DNA from: Candidatus Nanosyncoccaceae bacterium
Lineage (GTDB): Bacteria; Patescibacteriota; Saccharimonadia; Saccharimonadales; Saccharimonadaceae
Direction: 5' to 3'
Assembly: GCA_051891815.1 (NCBI GenBank)
Contig: JBJFFO010000010.1
Coordinates: 16,207-80,206, forward strand
Length of the DNA: 64,000 nucleotides
The notes below the pieces were generated by a model, which saw only the letters and a program-made list of their open reading frames with translations, made no database searches and was not told where the DNA came from. Of the stretch, positions 35,175 to 43,099 are shown in pieces; the stretch's first letter is position 1; the number at the start of each line of letters is the position of its first letter. The translations under genes and the position numbers were made by a program.

Positions 35175-36491
35175 TTAGATGAATAATTTGTCGCCAGGCG
35201 CCGGCCCAAAAGAGACCAAGCGCACTGGAACATCAATGTATAGTGACAAAAATTTCTGACACCACTTTGCTAACTCCTCCCGATCGAGATCGGGCAAGGG
35301 CAAAGTAGTAATCATCGGTTCTACTCGGTAGAGCAATTCCGCATTTAGTTCTGTGCTGTCCGGTAATCTACGCCCATTCAGCTTATAATCTGCCGCGAAT
35401 TGCCATTCGCCGTTTTGGATAATTTGGTCAAACCACGTCAGGCAAAGCCCATCGTAGCGCCAAGGTTTAGTCAGAGAAATCGCGTGTTTTAGCAGGCGCA
35501 AATCAAGCGGTCCCACTCGAACTTCGCCCTGCCAGCGGTTGGTTAGCTTGTGACTATCAGGCAACAGCGAGCTTCGCATCGTAGCGTCGGCAGTTGGAAT
35601 TGGTCCAGCGCCGTGTCTAATATCATAGGCGCGATGTACGCCCAGATCGACGACTTCGCCTCGATAACCTGCTCGCCCCAAAAACATATCAGAAATACCC
35701 GGTAGTGTGCGCAGATTGCTTACATGTGGGCGCAGGCCAACGACATTGTCAGTCAACACGCCATGCGAACGCTCGATGATAGCCTTGCCGTCAAACTTGT
35801 TCAGCACTGCCGTGTACTCTTCTTGCCGGAGCAACTGCCCCAGCTTCAAGAATATTTCGAAAATCTCCTCGAAAGCTACCTCGCTGTGTAGCAAGGCTTG
35901 GCATTCCTCGAAGATTTTCGCATCTTCTGGCAAAACTTCGTTCATCGAGCAATCGCCGTACATTTTTAGTACGCGTTCGCGGTTTGCGCTGAGCCCTTTG
36001 CGTATTAACTCATAGTGCGGTACATCCCTCAGGTAAATTGCTAGGGATGGTTTCTCACAGTATTCGCGATAAGCCTTGCCAACACCAGTTCCTACGGTAC
36101 CGTGCGGTTTATCCTTGAGCATCAACTCATAAAGCTGCGACCAGACCTGATGATAAGGCGTAGCACAGATGCATGATGGACTAGCCGAGAGCAAGCTCCA
36201 CGGCCGAATTGACGCATCATAAGCCTCAAGTGCAGCCGCTTCATTGAGCAGTCCGATCGGCGAAATCACAAAATTAGGCGAAATGTAGGTCGGAACATTG
36301 TCTAGCGTGCCGCATCCCCATTGCGAGAATGCGAACTTGCCATTCTTTCCAACCACGCCATGCGATCCTTGTGCGCCGCCTTCCTTGATTACTAGGCTGG
36401 CATTAATTTTGCGGGCAAGCGCCTGCACGACGCCGCCTTTGCCTCCATCTCCAGGACCAAGGTCGGTGACGCGATAAATTTTGTTTATCAC
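35175..36491 (-). CDS. divergent adenylosuccinate-synthetase (PurA)-fold ligase (operon gene 3)
   Basis: 438 aa, GTG start with AAGGAGG RBS. GDGGKGG (cf. GDEGKGK), GGAQGSHG (cf. GGHNAGH), GTVGTGVGKAY (cf. GTTGRGIGPAY), AYDIRHGAGPIPT (cf. AYSTRVGAGPFPT), LTWFD (cf. TKLD), VSFGP (cf. STGP). Confidence 0.8.
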   Translation of the reverse strand: MINKIYRVTDLGPGDGGKGGVVQALARKINASLVIKEGGAQGSHGVVGKNGKFAFSQWGCGTLDNVPTYISPNFVISPIGLLNEAAALEAYDASIRPWSLLSASPSCICATPYHQVWSQLYELMLKDKPHGTVGTGVGKAYREYCEKPSLAIYLRDVPHYELIRKGLSANRERVLKMYGDCSMNEVLPEDAKIFEECQALLHSEVAFEEIFEIFLKLGQLLRQEEYTAVLNKFDGKAIIERSHGVLTDNVVGLRPHVSNLRTLPGISDMFLGRAGYRGEVVDLGVHRAYDIRHGAGPIPTADATMRSSLLPDSHKLTNRWQGEVRVGPLDLRLLKHAISLTKPWRYDGLCLTWFDQIIQNGEWQFAADYKLNGRRLPDSTELNAELLYRVEPMITTLPLPDLDREELAKWCQKFLSLYIDVPVRLVSFGPAPGDKLFI

Positions 36492-36506
36492 GTCAAGTCC
36501 TCCTTT

Positions 36507-37628
36507 TTAGAGCCAGGTGCCAGAACTTGCGTTCTCGATCGGAGTCTCTTCTTTCTCCTCGTCGATATGGCCCGAAGGCTGTAAGTCGGTTTTGTGGACG
36601 AAGATATCGCCTTTTTGCGGAAGTTTGTATCCGGAAGCTTCTTCCAGCTTGCGCTGAGCTCCATATTCTACACGTAGTAATTTACGGGCCAGCTTTTCAG
36701 CCTCGGCTGCCGGCACTTGCGTATCGATCAGGAATTGCTTCAGTTCGGCAGGCTCCAGCGTTGCTTCGGTCAGGCCAATTATCGCGGCTTCGACCTGCGG
36801 CAAATACTTCGTACTACTAATCTGGACAATGTGCGCCTCATCATAGTAGGAACTCCAAAAACCATTGGCATCGGAGTCGACCAACAGGATAAAGGCGTGG
36901 AAAATCTTCTTCATATCCGCAAACAACTGTTCGACGGCCGGCGTATCCGGCAAATCAAAACCGTTGTCGCGCACCGCATCAAAGACTTGGTCGCCAAAGA
37001 TGCGTCGCAGATTTCTCTTGTAGACGGTGCCGTGCATCGACGCATCAGTAATCAGAAAATGATAACCCTTGAGACCGATTTTGTTGATGTAGGCGTCCGT
37101 CAGATATGCGGCTGCATAGACGGAATATTGCGGATCCTCAGGATAATCGCCGCCGCTACCACTCGAAAACAAGTTCGCGCAGTATTCGACGATCTTCTCT
37201 GCGGTCATTTCAAACTGTGGCCGACTCATGATAAAGTCGTCCACTTCGTCGCCAAAAATTCCCAGCGACAGTTGCGGGTCGCAACCGAGCAGTACTTTTG
37301 AGATCAACTCATAAGTCTGCGGTAAGACGCCCAGCATAATCTGTACGTTGTCGCCCATGCTTCCCGTGACGTCGCAGGTACTCTCAATCGGCACCGGCAG
37401 ACCAACGGTTACGCGAAACTTGTCCTCGTAAGGACTAAAGCGCAGCAGGGAACGATGGATCGGCTCAGTGGCCGGATCAACGCTTGGGTGTAGCTTCTTG
37501 GTGGTCGCCGCTTGTCGAGCAGCCTTTTCGGCTACCGATTTGCTTGCACGGCCATCAGATTCGAAGCTGATACCTCTCCTTTCGGTTTCTGTCGTAAAAG
37601 AGTGACGGGTGAAAATAGGATCTCCCAT
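36507..37628 (-). CDS. von Willebrand factor A (vWA)-like protein with MIDAS motif (operon gene 2)
   Basis: 373 aa. ESTCDVTGSMGDN is the DxS/TxS MIDAS strand, followed by alternating beta/alpha-looking sequence. Its ATG overlaps the upstream stop (TAATG). Confidence 0.7.
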   Translation of the reverse strand: MGDPIFTRHSFTTETERRGISFESDGRASKSVAEKAARQAATTKKLHPSVDPATEPIHRSLLRFSPYEDKFRVTVGLPVPIESTCDVTGSMGDNVQIMLGVLPQTYELISKVLLGCDPQLSLGIFGDEVDDFIMSRPQFEMTAEKIVEYCANLFSSGSGGDYPEDPQYSVYAAAYLTDAYINKIGLKGYHFLITDASMHGTVYKRNLRRIFGDQVFDAVRDNGFDLPDTPAVEQLFADMKKIFHAFILLVDSDANGFWSSYYDEAHIVQISSTKYLPQVEAAIIGLTEATLEPAELKQFLIDTQVPAAEAEKLARKLLRVEYGAQRKLEEASGYKLPQKGDIFVHKTDLQPSGHIDEEKEETPIENASSGTWL

Positions 37629-38485
37629 TACGAAATACCACCTTTCATAAGATTCGAGATTGTAGCATCAGTCAAACTGTGCCAAGTTGCAGTCTCGCGA
37701 TTATAGTAAGTAAAAGGATGATACGAAATCCCCCAGTACTTACGAATCACGGTGTAGAGCATACGGTGAGCTTCGGCTCCGCTTAGACCTCGGGACTCGG
37801 CGAAGAATCTCAGATTCTTCATAAAGGCCTCATCCTCCGGCGTTTCGCTAGGAAGCGTAAACTCCAGTATACATTTGCTCGCACGCGCCACATTGTTCCA
37901 TTCGGGGCTGTATTCACGAAGGTTCCAGCCCAGAAAAACCATGCGGTGCATGCGTGGCTCCAATACGACCTGGTCGGGCATAAAGTTAAAGCCAAGCTCC
38001 ACCTCATCGGCGAAGGTCATCAGCTTAAAAAACCTGCCCAGAATCCAAGCCGCGCTACGGGTATCAATTTGGTACTTCTCGGTTAGCTTTGGTAAAGGGA
38101 AAAAATCCCTTACCTTCGCATCACGGATGCCGATTAGATTTGCCTGGCGAAAATTCTGACTCTCGTCCGTAATAAAGCTATCCCAAAGCTCGGGAACCAG
38201 CCAATCATAGTGGACGCGGGCCTTCGGGTTTTTGCGTTCTTTTTGATAGAGGGCCTCGATTTCGTCTGATGCTTTCTTCAGAAATTCCAGCTTCTCGACC
38301 TCAAATTGCATATCGCCGTTGCCAAAACGATTAGTCGGCAGCCTCAGAAAGACCGTCTCTTTGTCGTTTGGCGTACTTGCCAGGTAAATGCGATAGCCAT
38401 CTCCTTGGAAGAGCAAATCTTCTTCGGGATTGGCGATTTTGCATCGCGCGATGCCATGTTTGTCCTTGAGTAACAAATCATTCAC
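37628..38485 (-). CDS. hypothetical protein (operon gene 1)
   Basis: 285 aa, GTG start (a TTG three codons downstream is also possible). No motif recognised. Faint resemblance to the C-lobe layout of a degenerate kinase-like fold (AAWILGRFFKLMTFADEVELGFNFMPDQVVL). Confidence 0.7.
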   Translation of the reverse strand: MNDLLLKDKHGIARCKIANPEEDLLFQGDGYRIYLASTPNDKETVFLRLPTNRFGNGDMQFEVEKLEFLKKASDEIEALYQKERKNPKARVHYDWLVPELWDSFITDESQNFRQANLIGIRDAKVRDFFPLPKLTEKYQIDTRSAAWILGRFFKLMTFADEVELGFNFMPDQVVLEPRMHRMVFLGWNLREYSPEWNNVARASKCILEFTLPSETPEDEAFMKNLRFFAESRGLSGAEAHRMLYTVIRKYWGISYHPFTYYNRETATWHSLTDATISNLMKGGIS

Positions 38486-38535
38486 CTTCTTTCCATGTTA
38501 AAAATCATGAGGGCACAAAAAACCCTCACTTTTCT

Positions 38536-38563
38536 ATATTATCATAATTTGGGCTATTGTCAA
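38536..38563 (-). promoter_or_regulatory. candidate promoter of the four-gene operon (TTGACA-16-TAATAT)
   Basis: The minus strand reads ttgacaatagcccaaattatgataatat. Confidence 0.45.
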
Positions 38564-38616
38564 GATTGGTCAGATATGTTAATCTAGTGATTAGACCAAG
38601 AAAGGAGGTGGTATGC

Positions 38617-39000
38617 GTGCAGACCACAAGGCACCATATCTTGTACCCGCATCGAATCTGGGCTAAGAGTTATTCTGGCGACAACAAAAAAAGGGCGGCA
38701 TTCCTTCGCGGTAAGTTCATTATTAAATTACCGGAAAACTTGCATACCATGTTACATCAGCAAGTTGATGTGCTTCTGCCCGAGGTTGTCATGAAGGCGC
38801 ACGCGCCTAAGCCCGCCACTATCGCTAAAGTATATCTTGTTGTGCGCAAGAACGAAAGCGAAATTGAGGAGATGACGCCTATGGAGAAGATTGAATGGCT
38901 GCTTGCGAGGTTCGACCCGCACGACGAGACAAATGGCTCGGTTATTTTAAGTCTCGGCGCACAGCTTGATTTTCTTCGCGCCCACGAGGGCGAGTATTAA
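38617..39000 (+). CDS. hypothetical small His-rich protein (possibly His-Me/HNH-like)
   Basis: 127 aa from the GTG at 38617 (AAGGAGG RBS 8 nt upstream). TTRHHILYPHRIW...LPENLHTMLHQQVD. The fold call is speculative. Confidence 0.6.
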   Translation: MQTTRHHILYPHRIWAKSYSGDNKKRAAFLRGKFIIKLPENLHTMLHQQVDVLLPEVVMKAHAPKPATIAKVYLVVRKNESEIEEMTPMEKIEWLLARFDPHDETNGSVILSLGAQLDFLRAHEGEY

Positions 39001-39020
39001 GTTTCGGTAACTATTAAACT

Positions 39021-39050
39021 AAAAGTCGCCCATATTTCTGGGCGACTTTT
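39021..39050 (+). terminator. bidirectional hairpin terminator
   Basis: aaaagtcgccc-atatttct-gggcgactttt. Confidence 0.65.
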
Positions 39051-39103
39051 CCGTTTTTAGTCAATGTCGCACAAGTTAAAAGCAAAAACCGAACATTTCG
39101 CTC

Positions 39104-39131
39104 TTTACAAAATCCATAAAAATAGTATAAT
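39104..39131 (+). promoter_or_regulatory. promoter TTTACA-16-TATAAT
   Basis: tttacaaaatccataaaaatagtataat, upstream of the HD-hydrolase gene. Confidence 0.55.
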
Positions 39132-39199
39132 ATATCAAAGCAATCTATTCTATGCTTTTGTAACTTATTATCTTGCAATCCTAGAAAGGGGGCTTTTCT

Positions 39200-40072
39200 A
39201 TGAAGAAGATTGAAAACGGAATGGTCATAATACCGGTCGACGAATATAATGTCGAACAGCAAATCACATTACTGCGTGGCATGTTTACGGGCTTTAGGGA
39301 CGTCTTTCCACTTAGCCTTGATGCGCTTTCTTTGGCAGTTAGATGCCACAAAGGGCAGTACCGAGAAGGCGGCAAACCGTATATCGCGCATCCGCTCTCG
39401 ATGGCCTGCATGGCTAAGGGCTTGGGGCTGCGCGACGATGCGCTTTATGCCACTATTCTCCTGCACGACGTTTGTGAAGATTGTGGTCTCAAAATTCAGG
39501 AGATTAGTGAGTCTAGCCAAGTTCGCAATGCTGTCCGCCTGATGACTGTCATGCAGTATAGCTACGATCAGACCAAAGCCGATGTGAAGCGTCGCTACTT
39601 CGAGGATCTCTTACAGTCGCGCGAGGCGCTGATTTGCAAGGCGCTGGACCGCATCGACAATCTTGAAAGCATGGCTGGCGTCTTTGAGCGTGAGCGTGTA
39701 CTCAAAAACTGGCGCGAGACTTACCATCTCTTGATGCCAACGCTAAAACGCGCCAAAGAAATGTTCAATATGCGCGATTATGATCTTCTGCATATTTTGC
39801 GCGGGCGTATTCGTTCGGCGCTGGTTTCCATTATGCATCTTTATCAGCTTACTGATGAGGAGATGTATACGCCTTATGGCCATATGAGCTTTGAGCAGAA
39901 ACCCGTTCATAGCGCCGACTATAAACTTGAGAATGAACTCGAGGAATTTCGCGAAGCACACTATCCTCGCGCCGTAGTCGACGTAGCAGTCCCAAAAGTG
40001 CCTAAAAACACTTCATCGGAAACATTGGACGCTAGTAATGCGCCCAAGCTTGACTCATCGCCAATCGCTTAA
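39200..40072 (+). CDS. HD-domain (p)ppGpp-hydrolase-like protein (SpoT/RelA hydrolase family, no synthetase domain)
   Basis: 290 aa. AVRCHKGQYREGGKPYIAHPLSMA...ATILLHDVCED matches the HxGQxRxxGxPYxxHP...LLHDxxED pattern. Confidence 0.8.
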   Translation: MKKIENGMVIIPVDEYNVEQQITLLRGMFTGFRDVFPLSLDALSLAVRCHKGQYREGGKPYIAHPLSMACMAKGLGLRDDALYATILLHDVCEDCGLKIQEISESSQVRNAVRLMTVMQYSYDQTKADVKRRYFEDLLQSREALICKALDRIDNLESMAGVFERERVLKNWRETYHLLMPTLKRAKEMFNMRDYDLLHILRGRIRSALVSIMHLYQLTDEEMYTPYGHMSFEQKPVHSADYKLENELEEFREAHYPRAVVDVAVPKVPKNTSSETLDASNAPKLDSSPIA

Positions 40073-40086
40073 AGATTGCAAGTAAG

Positions 40087-40110
40087 CCCCACCGTAAAAA
40101 GTGGGGTTTT
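40087..40110 (+). terminator. rho-independent terminator
   Basis: ccccac-cgtaaaaa-gtgggg followed by TTTT. Confidence 0.6.
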
Positions 40111-40116
40111 ACTGTC

Positions 40117-40145
40117 TTTACAAATTGAATACTTTTTGCTAAAAT
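40117..40145 (+). promoter_or_regulatory. promoter TTTACA-17-TAAAAT for rpsL-rpsG
   Basis: tttacaaattgaatactttttgctaaaat. Confidence 0.55.
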
Positions 40146-40231
40146 GTAGCTCAGAGTTTCGTAAACTTCGTTGGTAGATGCTGAACCACGGAGTTTTAAT
40201 CAGCAATAATAATAAAAGAAAAGGATTTTTT

Positions 40232-40645
40232 GTGCCTACAATCAATCAATTAGTGCGTAAGCCACGCAAAAAAGCCCCAGCCAAGAGTAAATCTCCAGCG
40301 CTCGGCTCTATCGTCAATACGCTCAAGACTCGTTACTACAAGCAAGCAGCCCCACTCAAGCGCGGTGTTTGCGTCAAAGTAACTACTAAAACCCCAAAGA
40401 AACCAAACTCCGCTTTGCGTAAGGTTGCTCGTGTGCGCCTTACCAACGGTCAGGAAGTTTGGGCTTACATCGGCGGTGAAGGTCACAACCTTCAGGAGCA
40501 CGCCGTAGTGCTCGTCCGTGGTGGCCGTGTACCAGATCTTCCAGGTGTCCGTTATCACATCGTCCGTGGTACGCTCGACCTTCAAGGTGTTAATGGTCGC
40601 AAGCAGGGCCGCAGTAAATACGGTGCAAAGAAGGAGGGTAAATAA
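40232..40645 (+). CDS. rpsL: 30S ribosomal protein S12
   Basis: GTG start giving (M)[13 protein letters not shown]. The [22 protein letters not shown] core is present. Confidence 0.96.
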   Translation: MPTINQLVRKPRKKAPAKSKSPALGSIVNTLKTRYYKQAAPLKRGVCVKVTTKTPKKPNSALRKVARVRLTNGQEVWAYIGGEGHNLQEHAVVLVRGGRVPDLPGVRYHIVRGTLDLQGVNGRKQGRSKYGAKKEGK

Positions 40646-40647
40646 TT

Positions 40648-41127
40648 ATGCCACGCAAAGTAACTAGTAGCTTGCAACGCAAAGTTATGCCAGATCGCAA
40701 GTATCAGAGCATCCTCGTTCAGCGCCTTATCAACAAATCCATGCTTGATGGCAAAAAGCAAGCTGCCGAACGCGCAGTTTATGCCGCCATTGAGGGTGCA
40801 GCTAAGAAGCTAAACAGCGAAAACCCAGTTGAGGTTCTCGAAAAGGCTATCGCAAACATCAGCCCAGACTTCGAAGTTAAGTCTCGCCGTGTCGGTGGTG
40901 CTAACTATCAGATCCCATTTCCAATCGCTGGTCATCGCCAACTTCACTTTGCAATGATGTGGATCGTTTCCGCCGCTCGCGCTCGCAGTGGTATGTCCTA
41001 TGCCAAGCGCCTTGAGGCCGAAATCGTCGACGCTTACAACGAAACCGGTGCCGCCTTCAAGAAGAAGGAAGACTGCCACCGCATGGCCGAAGCAAACCGT
41101 GCCTTTGCACACTTTGCTCGCGCCTAA
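40648..41127 (+). CDS. rpsG: 30S ribosomal protein S7
   Basis: 159 aa. VKSRRVGGANYQIP. Confidence 0.96.
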   Translation: MPRKVTSSLQRKVMPDRKYQSILVQRLINKSMLDGKKQAAERAVYAAIEGAAKKLNSENPVEVLEKAIANISPDFEVKSRRVGGANYQIPFPIAGHRQLHFAMMWIVSAARARSGMSYAKRLEAEIVDAYNETGAAFKKKEDCHRMAEANRAFAHFARA

Positions 41128-41148
41128 ATTGCGAAAAATTAATAAATT

Positions 41149-41180
41149 TACCCGTTTCTATCAAAGAAGCGGGTATTTTT
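41149..41180 (+). terminator. rho-independent terminator after rpsG
   Basis: tacccgtttc...gaagcgggta followed by TTTTT. Confidence 0.55.
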
Positions 41181-41191
41181 ATGTCTCCCTA

Positions 41192-41220
41192 TTGACAAAA
41201 TGTAAAATCTGTGATACAAT
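41192..41220 (+). promoter_or_regulatory. promoter TTGACA-17-TACAAT with TGn
   Basis: ttgacaaaatgtaaaatctgtgatacaat. Confidence 0.6.
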
Positions 41221-41300
41221 AGAAGGACTGGGGGCGTTCTTTATTTTTTTATGCTATTTTTTGAAACGCTCGCAGAATCTTATGAAAGGAGGTCCAAGGT

Positions 41301-43007
41301 ATGGATCTCAATTTAATTCTCTCTATTGCGTTACCCGTGGTTGGTGTCATTGTTCTCGTCGTGCTGTTGTTTGCTATGATCAAAACAGCCAACGCGAATG
41401 AGGCCCTTGTTGTCTCCGGTGTCGGAGCCACCAAAAACGGCAACCCTATCATTAAGCGAGCCGGCGGACGCATCGTCATTCCTTTTATTCAAAAGGCCAA
41501 GTACTTTGATTTATGTACCAGGTCAACCAAGGTTACAGGCGATGTCACCAAGACACAATCCGGCGTGCCGATCATGATTGATTGGGCTATCGCGTATCAT
41601 CCTGACTATGAGGACGAACAGGCACTGCAACGTGCAGTAGCCAACTTCCTCGATAAGGACGAGCGTCAGCTCGAAGCGGTATTAATTGATATCGTTTCCG
41701 GCGGCGTGCGTGCTGTTATCTCTGGACTGACTCCTGAAGCTGTCATGAACAAGAAGGACGAACTTGATGATCAAGTCAAGGCCTCTATTCAGGTTCAGAT
41801 GAAAGAGCTGGGATTCTGTGTCGTTCTCTCGATTCATGAGGTCGTCGACGCTGAGGGTTCTACCTACTACAGCGATTTGGCAGCCAACGATCGTGAGACC
41901 AAGCGTCGCGAAGCAGCCAATATCACGGCGACGAACAATCGTCAGATTCGTGAAACCGCTGCCGTCGAGGATCGCCAGGCGCAGGATGCCGAGTTGAGCG
42001 CTCAGGAGGCTGTTGCGGCCCGTCAGCGCGACAAAGATATCAAGATTGCTCAGTTCAAGGCCGAAACTGAGATTGAGCAAAAGCGCGCCGAGCGTGCTTC
42101 TGATCTGGAAAACCAGACCATCGAGCAACAGCTGGCTGAGCGTGCCGGTGCCGTCGAGGTTGAGAAACAGAAACAGGCCAAGCTCGCCGCTAGCGCTGAG
42201 CAGGAAGTGCTTGTGACTAAAGCCGAGACCAAGAAACGTACCGACGTAATCTCTGCCGAAGCTGCCGCCCAAAAGGGCGTCATCGAGGCTCAGGGCCGTG
42301 CCGATGCTGAGGCTGCCGAGACTACTCGTAAGGCCGAGGCCGAAGCAACTGCGCGCAAGACTACCGCTCAGGGTACAGCCGAAGCGCTTCGCACTGAAGC
42401 AAGCGCCGAAGCTGACGCAACCCGTCAGAAAGGACAGGCCGAAGCTGACGCAACCGAGGCCAAAGGTAAAGCCGAGGCCGAAGCGATTCGTGCCAAAGGT
42501 TTGGCTGAGGCCGAAGCTGCGCGTGCACTCGCCGATGCAAACGCCGCCAACGACAAGGTCAACTTCGAGCTTGAATCCCTCAAGATCGAGACCTCTGCCA
42601 GAGTTGAAGTTGCGACCAATGTCGCCAAGGTCATGGCTGAGGTGGGCAAGAATGCAACCTTCTATGATTTTGGTGGCTCGTCTGGCTCAGATGGCGCCGC
42701 TGGCTCCAACCTGTTCACCCGCGTAATCGGCGATTTGCCGATGCTCTTTGCCAAGGCCAACGCCGAAGGCAAGGCGCTTAACGGCGAAGAAGTACAGGAA
42801 ACTGTCGGCAAGTTGGCAGAATCCTTGCTTGCACCTCTTGCGGGTGCGCTTGGCAAAAAGCCGGCCGTAACGGACGGCAAACCTGCCAGCGATATGCCTG
42901 TCGAGTCTGAAGTTGTAAAACCCGACATCAAGACTACCGAGGTCTCCGACGACGGCTTCGTCGCACCGAGTGGCGAGACTATCCCGCCCGAAGCGCTCGA
43001 CGATTAA
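41301..43007 (+). CDS. SPFH/flotillin-family membrane protein with long Ala/Glu-rich coiled coil
   Basis: 568 aa. N-terminal TM helix, SPFH core (ANEALVVSGVG...GVPIMIDWAIAY...), then AEAEA-type repeats. Confidence 0.85.
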   Translation: MDLNLILSIALPVVGVIVLVVLLFAMIKTANANEALVVSGVGATKNGNPIIKRAGGRIVIPFIQKAKYFDLCTRSTKVTGDVTKTQSGVPIMIDWAIAYHPDYEDEQALQRAVANFLDKDERQLEAVLIDIVSGGVRAVISGLTPEAVMNKKDELDDQVKASIQVQMKELGFCVVLSIHEVVDAEGSTYYSDLAANDRETKRREAANITATNNRQIRETAAVEDRQAQDAELSAQEAVAARQRDKDIKIAQFKAETEIEQKRAERASDLENQTIEQQLAERAGAVEVEKQKQAKLAASAEQEVLVTKAETKKRTDVISAEAAAQKGVIEAQGRADAEAAETTRKAEAEATARKTTAQGTAEALRTEASAEADATRQKGQAEADATEAKGKAEAEAIRAKGLAEAEAARALADANAANDKVNFELESLKIETSARVEVATNVAKVMAEVGKNATFYDFGGSSGSDGAAGSNLFTRVIGDLPMLFAKANAEGKALNGEEVQETVGKLAESLLAPLAGALGKKPAVTDGKPASDMPVESEVVKPDIKTTEVSDDGFVAPSGETIPPEALDD

Positions 43008-43039
43008 GTTTCGCAAAGAAAAATAGCAATAACTTTTCG

Positions 43040-43068
43040 CTCCGGTCCTTGTGGCCGGAGTCTTTTTT
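43040..43068 (+). terminator. rho-independent terminator after the flotillin gene
   Basis: ctccgg...ccggag followed by TCTTTTTT. Confidence 0.6.
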
Positions 43069-43099
43069 ATTCTCCGCTTATGTTATTATATAGAGTGAA

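Noticed and set aside
35162-35236. Upstream 25 codons of operon gene 4
   Set aside because: They overlap the 3' end of the PurA-like gene. The ATG at 35161 is preceded by GGAGG at ideal spacing.
35175-40072. Phage-type Z-genome (2-aminoadenine) cluster: PurZ plus an HD dATPase (DatZ) plus MazZ
   Set aside because: The PurA-like protein has lost the aspartate-loop arginines that PurZ, as I recall, retains. The nearby HD protein carries the SpoT/RelA (p)ppGpp-hydrolase signature rather than a short DatZ-like HD. No MazG-like gene is present.
41682-42931. Several 70-200-aa ORFs on both strands, and apparent DNA repeats rich in gcc/gaa/gct
   Set aside because: All lie within the Ala/Glu-rich coiled-coil part of the flotillin gene. 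The periodicity is codon-level low complexity (AEAEA...). It is not a CRISPR array or an independent tandem repeat.
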